Below, one piece after another: positions 23,032-36,348 of a DNA stretch of 62,729 bases. A program made the translations under genes and the position numbers. The notes under the pieces were generated by a model that was not told the origin of the DNA, did not search any database, and saw nothing but the letters and a program-made list of their open reading frames with translations. Origin of the DNA: Rhina ancylostomus (Eukaryota); contig JARFYF010000056.1 in assembly GCA_030265395.1 (NCBI GenBank), forward strand, positions 5,206,426 through 5,269,154. The letters are read 5' to 3'. The first letter of the stretch is position 1. Each line of letters opens with the position of its first letter.

Positions 23032-25684
23032 GTAAGTACAAACAAAACAAAATCCTGGTGTTTTTATACCTCGAGGAATTTTCAGCTAGCACAGGCATGT
23101 TGAGCTGATTGACCTCCTCCTGTGTCCTAAACATTCCATGACTCTGATCCTCTGTTTGTGTATCCTTCCATATGAAATGCATGAAAGTGAAGTTAATGGA
23201 GTAACTGATTGAGGGACCTGGATTCTTGGTGCTCATTGTAAAACTCATTAACAGTTTAACAAATCACAGCTACCGATATAACAGAGGACGTTGAACCTGA
23301 GAGAGTAATACATAAAGAGTACTCTAAACAGGTAATGAGAGATAAGAAAACTTGTGACTAACACATTCATCAGGAAACTGACCAAATCAGACCGGTTAGC
23401 AACTGCTCTCCACCTCCAATACCATTCATTTGACTAAGGAGATCGGCAGCCTGATGCAATCATGTTTCTAACCGGTGAGTGAGTTTAAAATTATCATCAG
23501 TGACTCTGGACTGGAAACTAATGTCACACAAGCTCATAATCTGCTTGCACAATATTATTGCAGTCTAAAATTTCTCATTTATATTGTTAAGTAGGTATGA
23601 TCAATTTAAAATTCCATTAATCTGGAAGGGTCAGGGCATTGGTGATGCCAGATTGACACATTTTCCAGAATATCGGATGTTGTTGCCAGTTAATACCCCA
23701 ACACATTTTTAATTCATTTTTTTTAGACAGTACAGAGTGGTATAAGAAATTTTCCAGCAAACCCAGTAAGTTTAAAGGGAAGCAGGGCCCTGGTGAGTCT
23801 GAAAGGAATGTGAGAACCAGGCCCCAGTGTGTTGAGGGTAGTGCAGGGATAAGCACAGGGTGAGCTGTGTTTACTGTATCATTGATCAATATATCTACAA
23901 AACAGGTACAAGGAGATATTTATTAGTGGGGTAAGGAACAATGCAAGCTCTAATTGGGGAGTAAGAATCTACAATACTGTAAACATTTTCTATGTTTAAA
24001 GTGATAAACTAGAATCACAGAACTCATTTGAAATAGTTCAGCTTTTCTATTGCATTATTGTGCATCCAATCTCAAATCCTTATCTTCAATTTTTTTTCTG
24101 TAAAATGAGAATTTCAACACAACTTCAAAAATCTGATGTAGTAGATGTTTTCTTTTTTCTGTTGAAGCATCTGTGTCCCTAGCAGCTATAATGCAGGACT
24201 TTCTGGTTAAATATTGAGATTATCAAGTGTGAAAACCTGCCATGGAAGATCCATCATTCAGTCTAAGCTTACCACTTTCAAATATGTCTGATGATCTTTT
24301 GAGTCAGCTGACAAACTATTATGCAATTACCTTATGAAGGATAATCTCCTTCCGTTTTTTAACAAATTATATTTAAAGATTAGTAAGGACCTGTGTTACA
24401 GATGATGTGATTTATTGTGGAGCTTCCACCCCTGCCCAAGTAAGGACATGTGCTGTGGCAAATAAGTGTGTCTCCATAACTCGTAGCAAGTAGAAGTGTT
24501 AAAGGTTTGAGGAAGGAATGACTTTAAGTAAACTGAACAGCAGAACAAATACAATACATTCCATTAACTTTCTGAAGCAGAAAGTTCTTAAGCTGTGTTT
24601 GGTTTTCTGTTATCTGAGGAATTGGAGGATTTTTCAAACCCAACAACATAGTATTAATTGAGCCAATACTCGGATGGAAAATAGTTAACAGAAGCTTCTA
24701 TATATTAACAGGGCTAACCTACTGCCTCTTCGCAAAGCATAGGTTAGTTATTCTGAGTATCCAACAGAATAAAGTTATTACTATGTAACTATTCACTATT
24801 AATTTTAAAAACCAACCACTGTTTCTCCTTCATTTGAACTTCCTATGTTGAAGGCAGCAACTCTCGCTGGACTTGGGTCCTGCGGCAATGACTAATCTAC
24901 AGGACACCATTCCTCAGATGGGGAGAGTGACCTCGTCACCTGCTGCAGCACCCACCTGACACTCACCATGACTAAGATCTTCCATATCACAAAACAACAG
25001 TGTCACATGTAATTTCCACACCACTGGGCTGGATGAGATTGAATGAATTCAGCACACACTGAGAATTCAGTCAAAGTCTTTCCTGGTCGGCACCATTGCT
25101 TTTAAACCTGTGTACTGGTGATGGCTCCTAACATGCAAGTCTTGTATGACTGCAACTCAAAAGCAAGTTTGTCAGGATTCGTCAACTGCCAGTTGAACTG
25201 GCTTGTGCAAATCCATTCACTGAAGCTGGTACTCCAAGCAATGTCCTTGGTGCAGTCTAAGAGCAGCTTCACCATTTGTAAAGCAGCCCTTTCTGATTTC
25301 CAATTAAGCCATCAAATAATTAAATTAGGATTAGATTACTCTGTTTTCTTTGTAAAGTAAAATCATATGGTGACAGCCATGTGCTTTTGGAGGGCACTGC
25401 CTCTGTTCATGCTGGAAGGAGGGTTGATTTTGTAATCACTGAATGGGTTGCATTTGCACCTCAGCTGCACCTTTGATAACAGTGACAGTGGCAGAGAGAG
25501 GATGGGAGAAGGTCATCAAATGCAAGATCAAATCAGCCCTGACCCTACTTAATGGCAAATCAGGTTCATGGGGCTTTAAAGCCTTTTCAAGGAAGATGAA
25601 TTATGGTAAAAGGGAATTGTGACCCTGATGCTTCTCCTACATCAGACTCACCAGCACAGGCTCTCTTTTCCAGCCCTGAGTGGT

Positions 25685-25885
25685 GATATTATTTATCAGT
25701 CACATGTACATCAAAACACACAGTGAAAGGCATCTTTTTGAGTTAACAACCAACACAGTCTGGGAATGTTNNNNNNNNNNCCCGCAAGTGTTGCCACACT
25801 TCCAGCACCAACATAGCATGCCCACAATTTCCTAATCTGTATGCCTTTTGGAATGTGGGAGGAACCCAGAGCACCGGGAGGAAAC
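25685..25885 (-). mobile_element. SINE with tail type A-like, partial
   Basis: TTTATCAGTCACATGTACATCAAAACACACAGTGAAA...CCCGCAAGTGTTGCCAC...GGAATGTGGGAGG. Confidence 0.8.
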
Positions 25886-26044
25886 TGTGCATTAGGAACA
25901 GGCTTTCGGGCAGCTTTGCCTTTGCTGAATCAGCAATACAGGATGCAGCTCCAGTAGAGCCACTGCCTCAGATTTGTTATCAATTCCCTACTGCAGGATT
26001 CCTAATGATTAGGTGCTATGTGGGACCCATCGATGTGTGGGCAG

Positions 26045-26335
26045 GTGGACTAGCGCAACAGTTAGCGTAACACTATTACAGCGCCAGTGACCAAGGTTCA
26101 ATTCCAGCCGCTGTCTGTAAAGAGTTTGTACGTTCTCCCCATATCTACGTGGGTTTCCTCCGGGTGCTCCAGTTTCCCCCCACGTTCTAAAGGCGTGCAG
26201 GTTAGGAAGTTGTGGCCGTGCTATGTTGGCGCCGGAAGCGTGGCGACACTTGTGGACTGTCTCCAGAACACGCTATGCAAAAGATACATTTCACTGTGTG
26301 TTTCAATGTACGTGTGACTAATAAAGAGATCTTAT
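26045..26335 (+). mobile_element. SINE with tail type A, near full length
   Basis: tRNA-like head with B box GGTTCAATTCC; tail GTGACTAATAAAGAGATCTTA. Confidence 0.88.
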
Positions 26336-26369
26336 GGCAGTACACTGTGTCTCACCTATTTGAATTGTC

Positions 26370-26565
26370 TGGAGATATAAGGGACTTCAGATGTTGGAAT
26401 CTGGAGGAACAAACTGATGGAGGAACTCAGCGGGTCAGGCAGCATCTGTTTGGGGGGGTGGAAGGAATTGTCAATGTTTTGGGCCTCGATCCAATATGTT
26501 GCCAATTCCTTTCCCCCACAACTGCTGCTCCTCCTGCTCAGTTCCTCCAGCAGTTTGTTTTTTCT
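26370..26565. mobile_element. Penelope-like palindromic element
   Basis: GGAGGAACTCAG...GGAATTGTCAATGTTTTGG on the left and CCAATATGTTGCCAATTCC...CAGTTCCTCC on the right; axis near 26486. Confidence 0.8.
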
Positions 26566-28734
26566 TGTACCTGTGTTTTTGTTTGTTGGTATCTGAACAG
26601 ACAGATGGGCTGGCCCGATCATCTCATTTGATAGGTGGTCACTCTGCCAGTACATCATTTCCTCAACCTTAGAAGTCAAGCAGTCAAGATCCTCATTCTT
26701 CATCTTTTGATCACTTTCTTCAGGCTGCAGTTCTGGTCCAGAGCTAAGGAAGTGATCTTTTATTTCTGTAGAGAGATTGCAAAAGCCTGTTGGCTGGTTC
26801 TGGAAAATCTAAAAAATCCTCTGAGGACTGAATTTGAAAACAATGGTCATTTACCCCTTCTTTGTTTGAAAATTTCCATCACATTTGTTTTCCTCACAAC
26901 AATCACAGCGTGTTTTTTTGACTGATTTTCATTCTTCTAGTGGTGGTCAGCATTTCCTTGTGGTCCAGTTGTAACTTGCATGGCTACAGGGTGGTCTTGC
27001 TCTTGAATCTTGGTGGTCTAATGCAGGGTGTACATCTGTTTTCTCTGTTATCCTGTAAAGAAGATGTATTCCTATTCCCACATGATGAAGGAGAGTTTTC
27101 ATATTGGCAGAAGAGCATAACTGTTATTTATTTTGCAAGGGCCTAAATTGATCTCCAATGTCAACACAATATCCTTTATCTTATGGATAAGGGAATTGGT
27201 CTGATAGTGTTTCATGCTACAGTGTTGAATTATGTAACTCTTCACAATGCATTTTTAGGTGTAAAGTACATGTCAATTTCAAGAATTAGTCCATGGTAAG
27301 CTTTGGAATAAACTGTGGTTTGTATTACTGTGGTGTCCATATCTTGGCAATCATAAAAAAGGCAGGGAGCTGAAGGGAAAACTGATCAGCACAATGGCAA
27401 CAATCCAACCATATCGTTAATGACCTTCCCATCACCATAAACAGAACAGAAAACCATTAAAGTAGTTCACTCACTGCTACTGGACTTCAATCACCCTCAC
27501 CCACCAGATCTAATAGTGAGCTGAGATAAATTAGCCTTCTCCATCTGCACGATCAAGTATTTGAAAAATTAAATAAATGTTCAATAAATTGACACAATGT
27601 GTACTGAAAATGAACCTTATCTCTGGAATCACTAACACTTTTTTCTCACCTATATCCAAATTGGACAACAATAGATTTGTGCTGTGTACAGCTAGTGCAG
27701 GAAGCAGAACCATTGAGTGTAGGGAGTGCCTATGCAAAGGCTGATAATGACGCTGTGTGTTTATTTTCTCATTGCTGCATCTTCTATTGCACAGTCAAAC
27801 CCAGTGTTTGTTAGACCTTTTTGGCTCTATTGCTTGTTGGCATTGCCAAGGTTAACATGTAGGAGAATTGTTACCAGGATACTCACTGGTTTTTGGTGCA
27901 CTGATAAGGAAACCAGATATTGGAATAAGATTCAAAAGAATTTCCCCAGATCAGACTTTATTTGTCTGAACTTGTAATCGGATTTAGGGAGGATGGAGGT
28001 GGGGGAGTGGGTGAGGGATTGATCCATTGGCTCTGGTGGTTAGGATACTGAGGTGTTTGCCCTTGACTAGGTCCAGATGAATTGCAACAGAAGGGATTAA
28101 AAGGTTGACTGTGGTCCATGTGAGGGCTGAATCCTGGGTATAAGCAAGAAGTGTGGAAGATTCTGCCCTGCCTTCATTCTGCATATTTAGATTTAACTGC
28201 AATCCAAGTCATATCAGGGTATATCAGGCAAGTCCCAGATATATAGTTCCATTTATACAGGCGACCCCTGTGTTATCAGGGGTTGCATTCCTAATATGGC
28301 AGCTGGCAAACAACAGAGAAAATGGGAGCAAGTCAATGAACCTTCCTGTGGTGGGTAAAATTTTGCAGCTCCAACCAGACAGTTTCCTTAAGGCAGGAAA
28401 ATTCATATTAATTTACTACATGGACAAAGCTTGGAAAAACAGGGCTAAAATTTCGATTAATTTTATATTGAGGCTAAAGAACTTTATCTAGAGTATTATT
28501 CTCAGTACCTTTGTCTCTTTTGGACTGTAGAATGCTTGCTTTGTTTACATTATATAATTTTTCATAAACAGTGTTAAAATTGTAATTTTACAGGAACTAA
28601 TCTTTCAGCTCTAATGGGAACTGGAATGTTTCTGTGTCACTCTGAACTTGTGCTGAAAAGCTAAGGTTTACTGTAAGACAATAGCCAAAGGTTGCTTGAT
28701 GCATATAACTTCCCATTGAGGATGAAGATAAGGA

Positions 28735-29065
28735 AGAGCAGGTTGCATGCCCCTTGGGATGTCTCCGCTGTTCAATATTGTGGCTGGTCCTGTACTTGCC
28801 CACTTTCCCCAAATCCTCGGAATCCCTTTGTGCCTAAAAATCTCTTAATCTCAGGCTTGGATCTCTTCAGTGACAGAGATTCCACAGCCTGTAGGGTACG
28901 ACAACCCAAGGATTCACTATCTCCTTCCTGGCGAGATTTGCCTTTTCAGTCCTCACGGCTGACCCCTTATCCTGAGCTGTTGCCCCAGTTCCAGATTCTC
29001 CAGCCCACAGAAAGAGCCTCTCCACCCTGTCAGATTATTGTATGTCACAATGAGATCACTGTTAA
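28735..29065 (-). mobile_element. CR1-type LINE 3' fragment, old
   Basis: Similar to 1768-2730 and 19430-19680. Confidence 0.55.
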
Positions 29066-29749
29066 ATCTCTTCCTGGCGGCAGTTGATGTTTGCCTCAGT
29101 GTGTGTCCCTGGGAACAGCCAGTAGATCGCAGAGTCCTCTGTGATGTAGTTGCTCGGGGTGAACCTTGACAAGGACCAGTTCATCCCTTTCCAGACCTTG
29201 GTAAACACACAGTGCACAAGGAGCTGGACAGTCATCCCATCCGCACCACAGCCCTCTCGAGGGCAGCATACGGTGGGACTGAGGCCCTGACTGTGCATGA
29301 AGGATGTGGGGGGGGGGGAACCCCTCTCACTGCTAAATCTNNNNNNNNNNNNNNNNNNNNNNNNNNNNNNNNNNGCCCAGTCAACTCAGCATTCAGCCCA
29401 GTCAATGAGTGCAAGGCAAGCTCATCTCCTTCAGGTGCAGAGAGCAAAGTAACACACAATACTCTGATGAGGTTTCACCCAAACTCTGCCGAATTCTCAG
29501 CTTTCTGTCTCTCTATTCAGTACTTACAGTGACTGACCAAGCTCATTTGCATTTAAATCATATGCATACTGATCTATCAAATCTGCCTTTGATAGCCATG
29601 GGCAAGTTTTGGTCCTGAATGAATGTAGATTAGATTCACTGTAAAACAAGGCACACAATGAACAAAAGCAAAATGCTGGAAGAACTAAACTGTGGATGTA
29701 ACTTAGTCAAGAGCAATATGAGATGTTCTTCCAATCTGTGTTTTGTACC

Positions 29750-30116
29750 CTAACCCAATGGTATGAATATTGAATTTTCCATTTTCAGGTAACCCACACC
29801 CTTCCACACATCTGTCCAACTAGTTTTCTTCTCCCTTTGTCAATCCCTCCCATCCCCTCCCCCACCTGGTTCCATCTGCCCATCATTTCCTCCCCATCCA
29901 GTTCCACCTTTCACCTACCCAGCCTCCATCCCACATCCTACATACTGCTCCATACTGGCAATCTTTCCTGTTCCCTCTCAGTCCTGATGCAGGGTCTCGA
30001 CCCAAAATGTTGACTTACACCTTTTGCCTCCGCAGATGCTGCTTGACCTGCTGAGTTCTTCCAGCATTTTGTTTTCTGTTCTAGATACCAATATCTGCAG
30101 TCTCTTTTGTCTTCAA
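29750..30116 (+). mobile_element. Penelope-like element 3' end: ORF C-terminus, pyrimidine-rich UTR and hammerhead motif
   Basis: 29754-29792 translates PNGMNIEFSIFR*, resembling the P-x-G-[ML]-N end of the PLE GIY-YIG domain. At 29980-30014: AGTC-CTGATGC-AGGGTCTCGACCC-AAAATGTT-GACT. Confidence 0.8.
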
Positions 30117-30126
30117 GGGGAGTAAT

Positions 30127-30368
30127 GAGCAACAGACAATCTGCTGGAGGAACTCAGCAGGCCAAACAGCATCTGTGGAGGGAAAGGAACTGTCAATGTC
30201 TCAGATCAAAACCCTGCATCGGATGGGTTCTGATACAGGGTTTCAACCCGAAATGTTAACAATTCCTTCCACCCCCCCACCCCCCACAGATGCTGCTCGA
30301 CCCATTGAGTTCCTCCAGCAGATAGTTTTTTGCTCCAGATTCCAGCCTCCACAGTCTCTCGTGTCTCT
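30127..30368. mobile_element. Penelope-like palindromic element
   Basis: Minus arm to about 30222, short spacer, then a plus arm GTT-CTGATAC-AGGGTTTCAACCC-GAAATGTT-AAC. Confidence 0.85.
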
Positions 30369-30827
30369 GTGCTTCTGATGATAGTTGGTTAGTCTGCAAT
30401 TTGGATTATCTCCTCTCTATTGAATGGCTTCCTAAGGCTATGACAAGCTGTGCGTGGAGAACAATACAAACCAAACAGGGACGGGAGGGTGCAGTTAAAT
30501 GAAAGAGCTTCAACCAATTCATGCCATAAAGAATGTTCTGGTGTGCATCCTGTTTCCACACTCTGCTCACAAACTGCATTTCCTGCTCAGACTATTCCTG
30601 CCTGCCAGCAGGTTTTCCTGTAGCTTAGCTTTGTTCTTTCCCAATTGCTTTTCCTGAAGCCTCACCCCTCTGGAGCGATAATCCAGTTAAATCCACAATA
30701 CGAGTGTCCCAGTGACCCCTGCATCCTCTTCAACAAACTTTTAGTACACAAAGATTAAAATGATTGGCTAGAGATCCATCCATGCCAGGACAGGCGAGTT
30801 AAAGTGGCGCTAGTTGGGGCACACAGC

Positions 30828-31172
30828 TCTGTGTGTGTGTGTGTTGGGATGTGGGCTGGTTTGTTGGAGTGAGGTGTGTATGTAGGGTGTCTGTGGAGGG
30901 GTTGGTAGGTTTGTGGGGGTGAGGGGTATGTGTGTGGGGTGTGTGTGATTTTGCTTGCAAAGAGTGTGTGGTGTTGGTTGTGTGAAGAGGGGCAGTGTGT
31001 GTGGATTGGTGGGTGTGGAAGGGTTGGGAGTGTGGGGGCATTTATGTCTGTGTATAGGGTACAGGTTGTGTGTAAGGGGGCAGCGTGCATTTGGGCTGGG
31101 TGTATTTGGGAGGTATTGTGTGTCTGTGGTGTGTGCTTGAGGGGATGGATTGTGTGTATAAGTAATTGTGGT
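30828..31172 (+). repeat. Degenerate GT/G-rich low-complexity tract
   Basis: Interrupted (GT)n with GG and GGG runs; explains the His/Thr/Pro-rich and Val/Cys/Gly-rich chance ORFs. Confidence 0.9.
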
Positions 31173-33819
31173 AGAAATACCATCTGTAATCATCTTTATT
31201 TTTATTTGCTGTCAGGATGTGATCGAAGCTGTGAAAGAAACATTTATTCCCATTCCTAACTTTTTTCTGAGGATGAGGTGGAAATAGAGGGGGATAGGAG
31301 GGGTCCACATTGCCTTGGAGGAACAGGGTGTAAATGAGATGGAAAAGTGCAAAGAAACAATTAAACTAGATTTCTATTTACCAATGTACCAAACCAAACA
31401 GTTTATTTCCATTTTCCCAATTTATTTATGTTTACAATTTAAGATTTAAAAGTGTCATGTTTTCCTGTTATTCAGAAACGTAAATGAGCTTCTATTTAGG
31501 TACTTTAATGCTGTATGAATATTTTGTTGCTGTATAATCAGTAATTATAGACAATGGTTATTGAACAGTAACAGAGTGAAATCTTTTATCCCAAAACCTG
31601 CACAAACTTTTTATTGGTACAAGTGAGTAAAGATGCAGTTACTGAAATCAACAGAATACTATGTGTTGCTTCAGATAATGAAAATTCCACCATTTAATCA
31701 GATAAAAAGATTTTTCAGATAATTATTAACATATTTCCTTAACTGGCAATGATATAATACTTGTAGCTTTTCAACAATTCTGTTTGATTCAAGTTTCTAT
31801 GTCCATAAAAGTATCCCCAAACTAAATGTGTTTAAGCTTTAACTTGTCCAGCTATTTCAACATTAATTGAATGATTTCTCATTGCTAGAGAATTCTGTAA
31901 TAAATCTGCATGATTGATCAGTTGGTAGGTTATGATGACATTGCTGTGGGACTACAAGACAACTGGAGAAAAGGCAGAGAAATTGTGAACCCTCTGTAAA
32001 AGCCTATTAAATGGGCATTATGGTGAGTCAAGAAAGTCCAGGCATCAAGTGCTACAAAATCGACTTTATGCTGCCCCAAGCCTTTCATTGTCGAACCTTG
32101 AAACTGACTTTCATAATACAATGGTTTTGTGTGATGCACCATAACATTACCTGAGAAAAATCAACAGGCTGGTTGGGTCCCAGGCCACAATGTTTTCTCA
32201 TTGTGACCTAATCTGTTAAACCAGGAGCATTCTTTCATGCACCATTACTGCCTCTAAAACGAAGATAAAATGGGCTCCATTTTGATCCATCTTGCTCCAT
32301 TAACAATCAGGGGAGCTAACAGCATGAGGAAGTAGAGTTGAGTGATAGATATTCCAGTCACTGTACCAAGCAAAGTAGAAGATCTACCTGAATGTGTCAC
32401 CTCCGTGGCAGTTTACCGCTGAACTTGATTCTCTGCCAAGCTTTAGAGACCAGCTACTGTGTGTTGCCTAAAGTTAAGTCCAACTGGATCTAAACATTAA
32501 ATTGTTCGAATTGGAAGCCCAGCATAATGCTCTGCTCTGCTCTGCTAGGATGGCATCTTGCCAGGCACTCACTGCTGGCTAATGGAGCTGTTAAAATTTC
32601 TTTAAGCAGGATTTCACGTCATGATCGATCATCTAGCATGGTTAGTTAGTGACTTTTGTCATAAGTTTAAGGAAGTATTTTTCCTGTGCTTTATTTTCTC
32701 GCATCTGTGTGCAACATTCATGAGAAATGGATGTTATCCAAGACAACGTGGGGATAAAAAAAAGAGGTGAATGAGAAAAAAGCTCAGGGCTCAAGGTCTG
32801 ACAAAGTTCTCAGTGACCCATGCTTGTGTATGGTCAACTTGCAATGAATGGAGGTGGAGGTAAGGGGTGGGTGTTTGATGGTAATGGTGGTGGGGCATCC
32901 AGATCAGAGAGTCACAGAAGATTGTAGCACAGGGTAAGGCTATCAGCTCACTGGGTCCTTGGAAAAGCAGGCATGCAATATCCTATATTTCCACTCTTTA
33001 TCTGAAACCCTCTAAGTTCCACATCCTCAAGATGTTCTGCACACCTCCAAAATTATGTACGGAATCAGCAAATGAACACCTGGGGGTAGATTTTAACTCT
33101 CGGTGGGCTTCCTGTGGGGGAATGTGATGGCCTGGTAACACTGACAGGGAAGTTTATCCATCCAGACCACAGCTGAGCAACCATTTCTCATCTGCACACC
33201 AGTGGACAAAGGGAAAGGTCACTGGAGGGAAGTAGAGATTACCCGGGTAGAGAAGCCTCAGTATTCCTTGTACTTTCCCAGAGCACATTCCTCACCTTTG
33301 GGAGAAAATGACCCTTAACATCAGTCTCCAGTAATTTCCACACTTAGATCCCACTTAATACTGAAACTGGAAGGAAAATGAACAAGAATTACATGATCAG
33401 ACCCCAATCTGCATTTAATCTGCTGGTTTTGGGTGGATGCCTTTGTGATTGGGAGAGGCTTGCACCATAACACCTTCAATGATCAATTCACCTGATGTGT
33501 AGGGAGGATGCAGAGTAAACTGTATGAGTTGCCTTTCCCATCTTCAGCCTGCTACAGTAGTGGAATTAGCCTAAAGGTCAAGGAGTTTTCAGGAAACTTG
33601 TGGGAAATTTTTTGGAAATATGTTAAATATGGAATATGGTGAAGGGACACTTAAGAAAAAGCACTTTTTAAAAAAACTCATGTTCGCCAATGATGTCTTC
33701 AGTTATCAAATACTGACCACCCAAGTTGTAGTACATTAAAAAATTTATTGATTACTTACAGCTTTCCAAACTTGTTAACTTTATGTTCAGACAAAACATG
33801 TTGACTTCCATATTTCTAA

Positions 33820-34140
33820 AACAAAAACAAAATGCCAAAAGTGGTCAGTAGCTCAGGCAGCTTCTCAGAGAGGCAAATAAGGTTAACACTCGGGTCAATA
33901 ACTGGAAAAGTTGAGGATAAACAAACTCTGAAAATGTGGGGTGGGGGGGAAGGTAAAGGGAAGATCTGTAGTAGCGTGGGAAGCAGAAGAGATTAAATGG
34001 TGACAGACGGACAGAAAAAACAGCTGGGTTTAGAGGAGATGTAAAAGGAAGATGCAGAATCATTATCAGAAATTGCTAAATTTAGATTAACACAGACCTT
34101 CCCTTCTGTTCTCTCCCTCACTTTCCTGTTTTATGGAATT
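33820..34140 (-). mobile_element. Old Penelope-like fragment
   Basis: TCAGGCAGC...GAGAGG...GGTTAACACTCGGGTCAAT followed by a purine-rich tract, the reverse of the pyrimidine-rich PLE UTR. Confidence 0.45.
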
Positions 34141-34324
34141 CTGCAATCAAGAACAGTACTGTACCACCATCGTGATGACAGCAGTAAACAGACTTTGCTG
34201 GTGTCAGTCCCCTTCAAACAGCAATGCTCTAGATCCAAAATATTTTGCTTGCAATCTGGAAGTTTAATACAAGAAAATATACATATGGAATATTTGTCCT
34301 CCCTCTTTAATCTGACTTGTTACA

Positions 34325-34580
34325 AGAGAGATTGTGTGCAGTTCTGGTCATCACATTACAGGAAAGATGTGGTTGTACTGGAAGCGTGCAGAGGACCAGT
34401 TACAAATGGAATTGAACATTGTGCAATCATCAGTGAATATTCCCATTGCTGACATTATGATGGAAGGAAGGTCATTTTTAAATAGCTGAAGGTGTTCAGA
34501 CTGCCCTGAGGAACTCCTGCAGTGATGTCCTAGGCCGGGATGATTGACCTCCAACAACCATGACCATTTTTCTTTGTTGA
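34325..34580. mobile_element. Adjacent LINE fragments (CR1 plus strand; CR1/L2-group minus strand)
   Basis: Plus CVQFWSSHYRKDV; minus NDLPSII...MGIFTDDCTMF (degenerate RT FADD motif). Confidence 0.65.
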
Positions 34581-35395
34581 TTGTTTTTACAATGCATGGT
34601 TGATTTTAGTTACTTTTTAAGCTGGACCCTAACAATTTCTTTCTTCCAATCTTACAACCAAAGTACATTGGGGTAAAAATTCACGCTTGGTTATTTGATG
34701 TAGCAATGGAAGCACATTGCACATTTTGTAATGTGGTCCCATTGAGCCAGATTTCTGGAGTACAATCTCTACCCCATTATCTTCTTGCTAGGCTAAACTG
34801 ACTTTACCACTTTCCACACATTGTTTTATCAACCCCATCCTTTGTTCTAGCTTTCAGTTATAATTGAGTAAATGTGGCACAGTTCGGTTGATTTACACTG
34901 GAGAAGGCTAATTTTGAATATCATGGGTGAAAACTCATCGAGAATGGAATTTGTGAAACATCCAATAATGTTAACTCTGATTTTGATCTGGCTATTTTCT
35001 TACTTAATAGATTAGGATCTATAGATTTCAGTGGAACCTTGAGGCACACAGGATTCTCTGGAATGTTCAGCAATTGAATTGCCCTGGGACGGACCATTTC
35101 TCCTCAGTCTAATACCGTGTAAATATGCCGATTTGGGGATGGTACAGAAACTGTTCAGTGTTCATAATAGATTTCTATTGAGAAATAGAGGTTTTCAGCA
35201 ATCAATACAAAACAGATTCAAAGTCAAGCAGAAGAGTCTATTACCCTTTTAATATGGAAACTGCTGAAGACTTGACATACCCTTGATAACCCCTATGGAG
35301 TCAGATTTTGCAATAATGGGTGATTCAAAAATGTTATACGTTCCAGAAGTTTAAGTATATAATTAAAACATATTTATGATTTTCATGGGAAAGGG

Positions 35396-35687
35396 GTAGG
35401 CACGGTAGTGTAGTGGTTAGCGTAATGCTTTATTGCGCCAGCAACCTGTGTTGAAATCCGGCCACTGTCTGTAAGGAGTTTGTACGTTCTCCCCGTGTCT
35501 GCGTGGGTTTCCTCTGGGTGCTCCAGTTTCCTCCCACNNNNNNNNNNNNNNNNNNNNNNNNNNNNNNNNNNNNNNNNNNNNNNNNNNNNNNNNNNNNNNN
35601 NNNNNNNNNNNNNNNNNNNNNNNNNNNNNNNNNNNNNNNNNNNNNNNNNNNNNNNNNCATGTGACTAATAAAGAGATCTTATCTTAT
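35396..35687 (+). mobile_element. SINE with tail type A, gap inside
   Basis: GGCACGGTAGTGTAGTGGTTAGCG head; CATGTGACTAATAAAGAGATCTTATCTTA tail. Confidence 0.85.
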
Positions 35688-36348
35688 GAGTAGAAGTGTT
35701 CATCATCAGAGAAGATAAAGCTTCTCAGAATCAGATGTTTTGAAATCGTAATCTGACTGAAGTTGCCTTTAGAGAGCAGTGTCATTGTTTTCTTTTCCTG
35801 TATTTTTCAGTCCACAGTTTTCTACCCATTTGTCTTAATAAGATGAACTGTGAGCAAGTACTGAGGCAGTAAACCTCAGCCAGTATCTTGCAGATTATAA
35901 TCATAGAAGGAGGCCGTTCAGCCCAGCATAACTCTGCCAGTCAAAAAAGAACCACCCAAGATTCCACCTCCTGCAGGTCAGGCCCTTCAAGTCCACAGCC
36001 ATGTATAATGTAAATGTGATGAGGGTTTCAGGGGGCAGTCAGTTCCATACCTCTATCACTCTGGGCAAAAAATGTTCCTCATCTCCCCTCTAATCCTTCA
36101 AGCAATAACTTCAAAGCTGAGCCCTCTAATTTTTGAATTCTCAGCTAAGGCAATGGGCACTTACTAATTTCTCTTCCAATTAAGGAAATCATTTGCTAGA
36201 AAGAAAAACAGCCCCTTGTAGCTGTAGAAGAAAGACTTGAAATAAACTTTATATGAACTTGCATCCTTCAGTCGATGACACTTTGTCCTTGTAACAGTTG
36301 AAATGGACCCAGGTTGATTAATTTTATTTAAAAAAAAATCACTTTCAG

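Noticed and set aside
30755-31308. His/Thr/Pro-rich and Val/Cys/Gly-rich ORFs
   Set aside because: Translations of a GT low-complexity tract.
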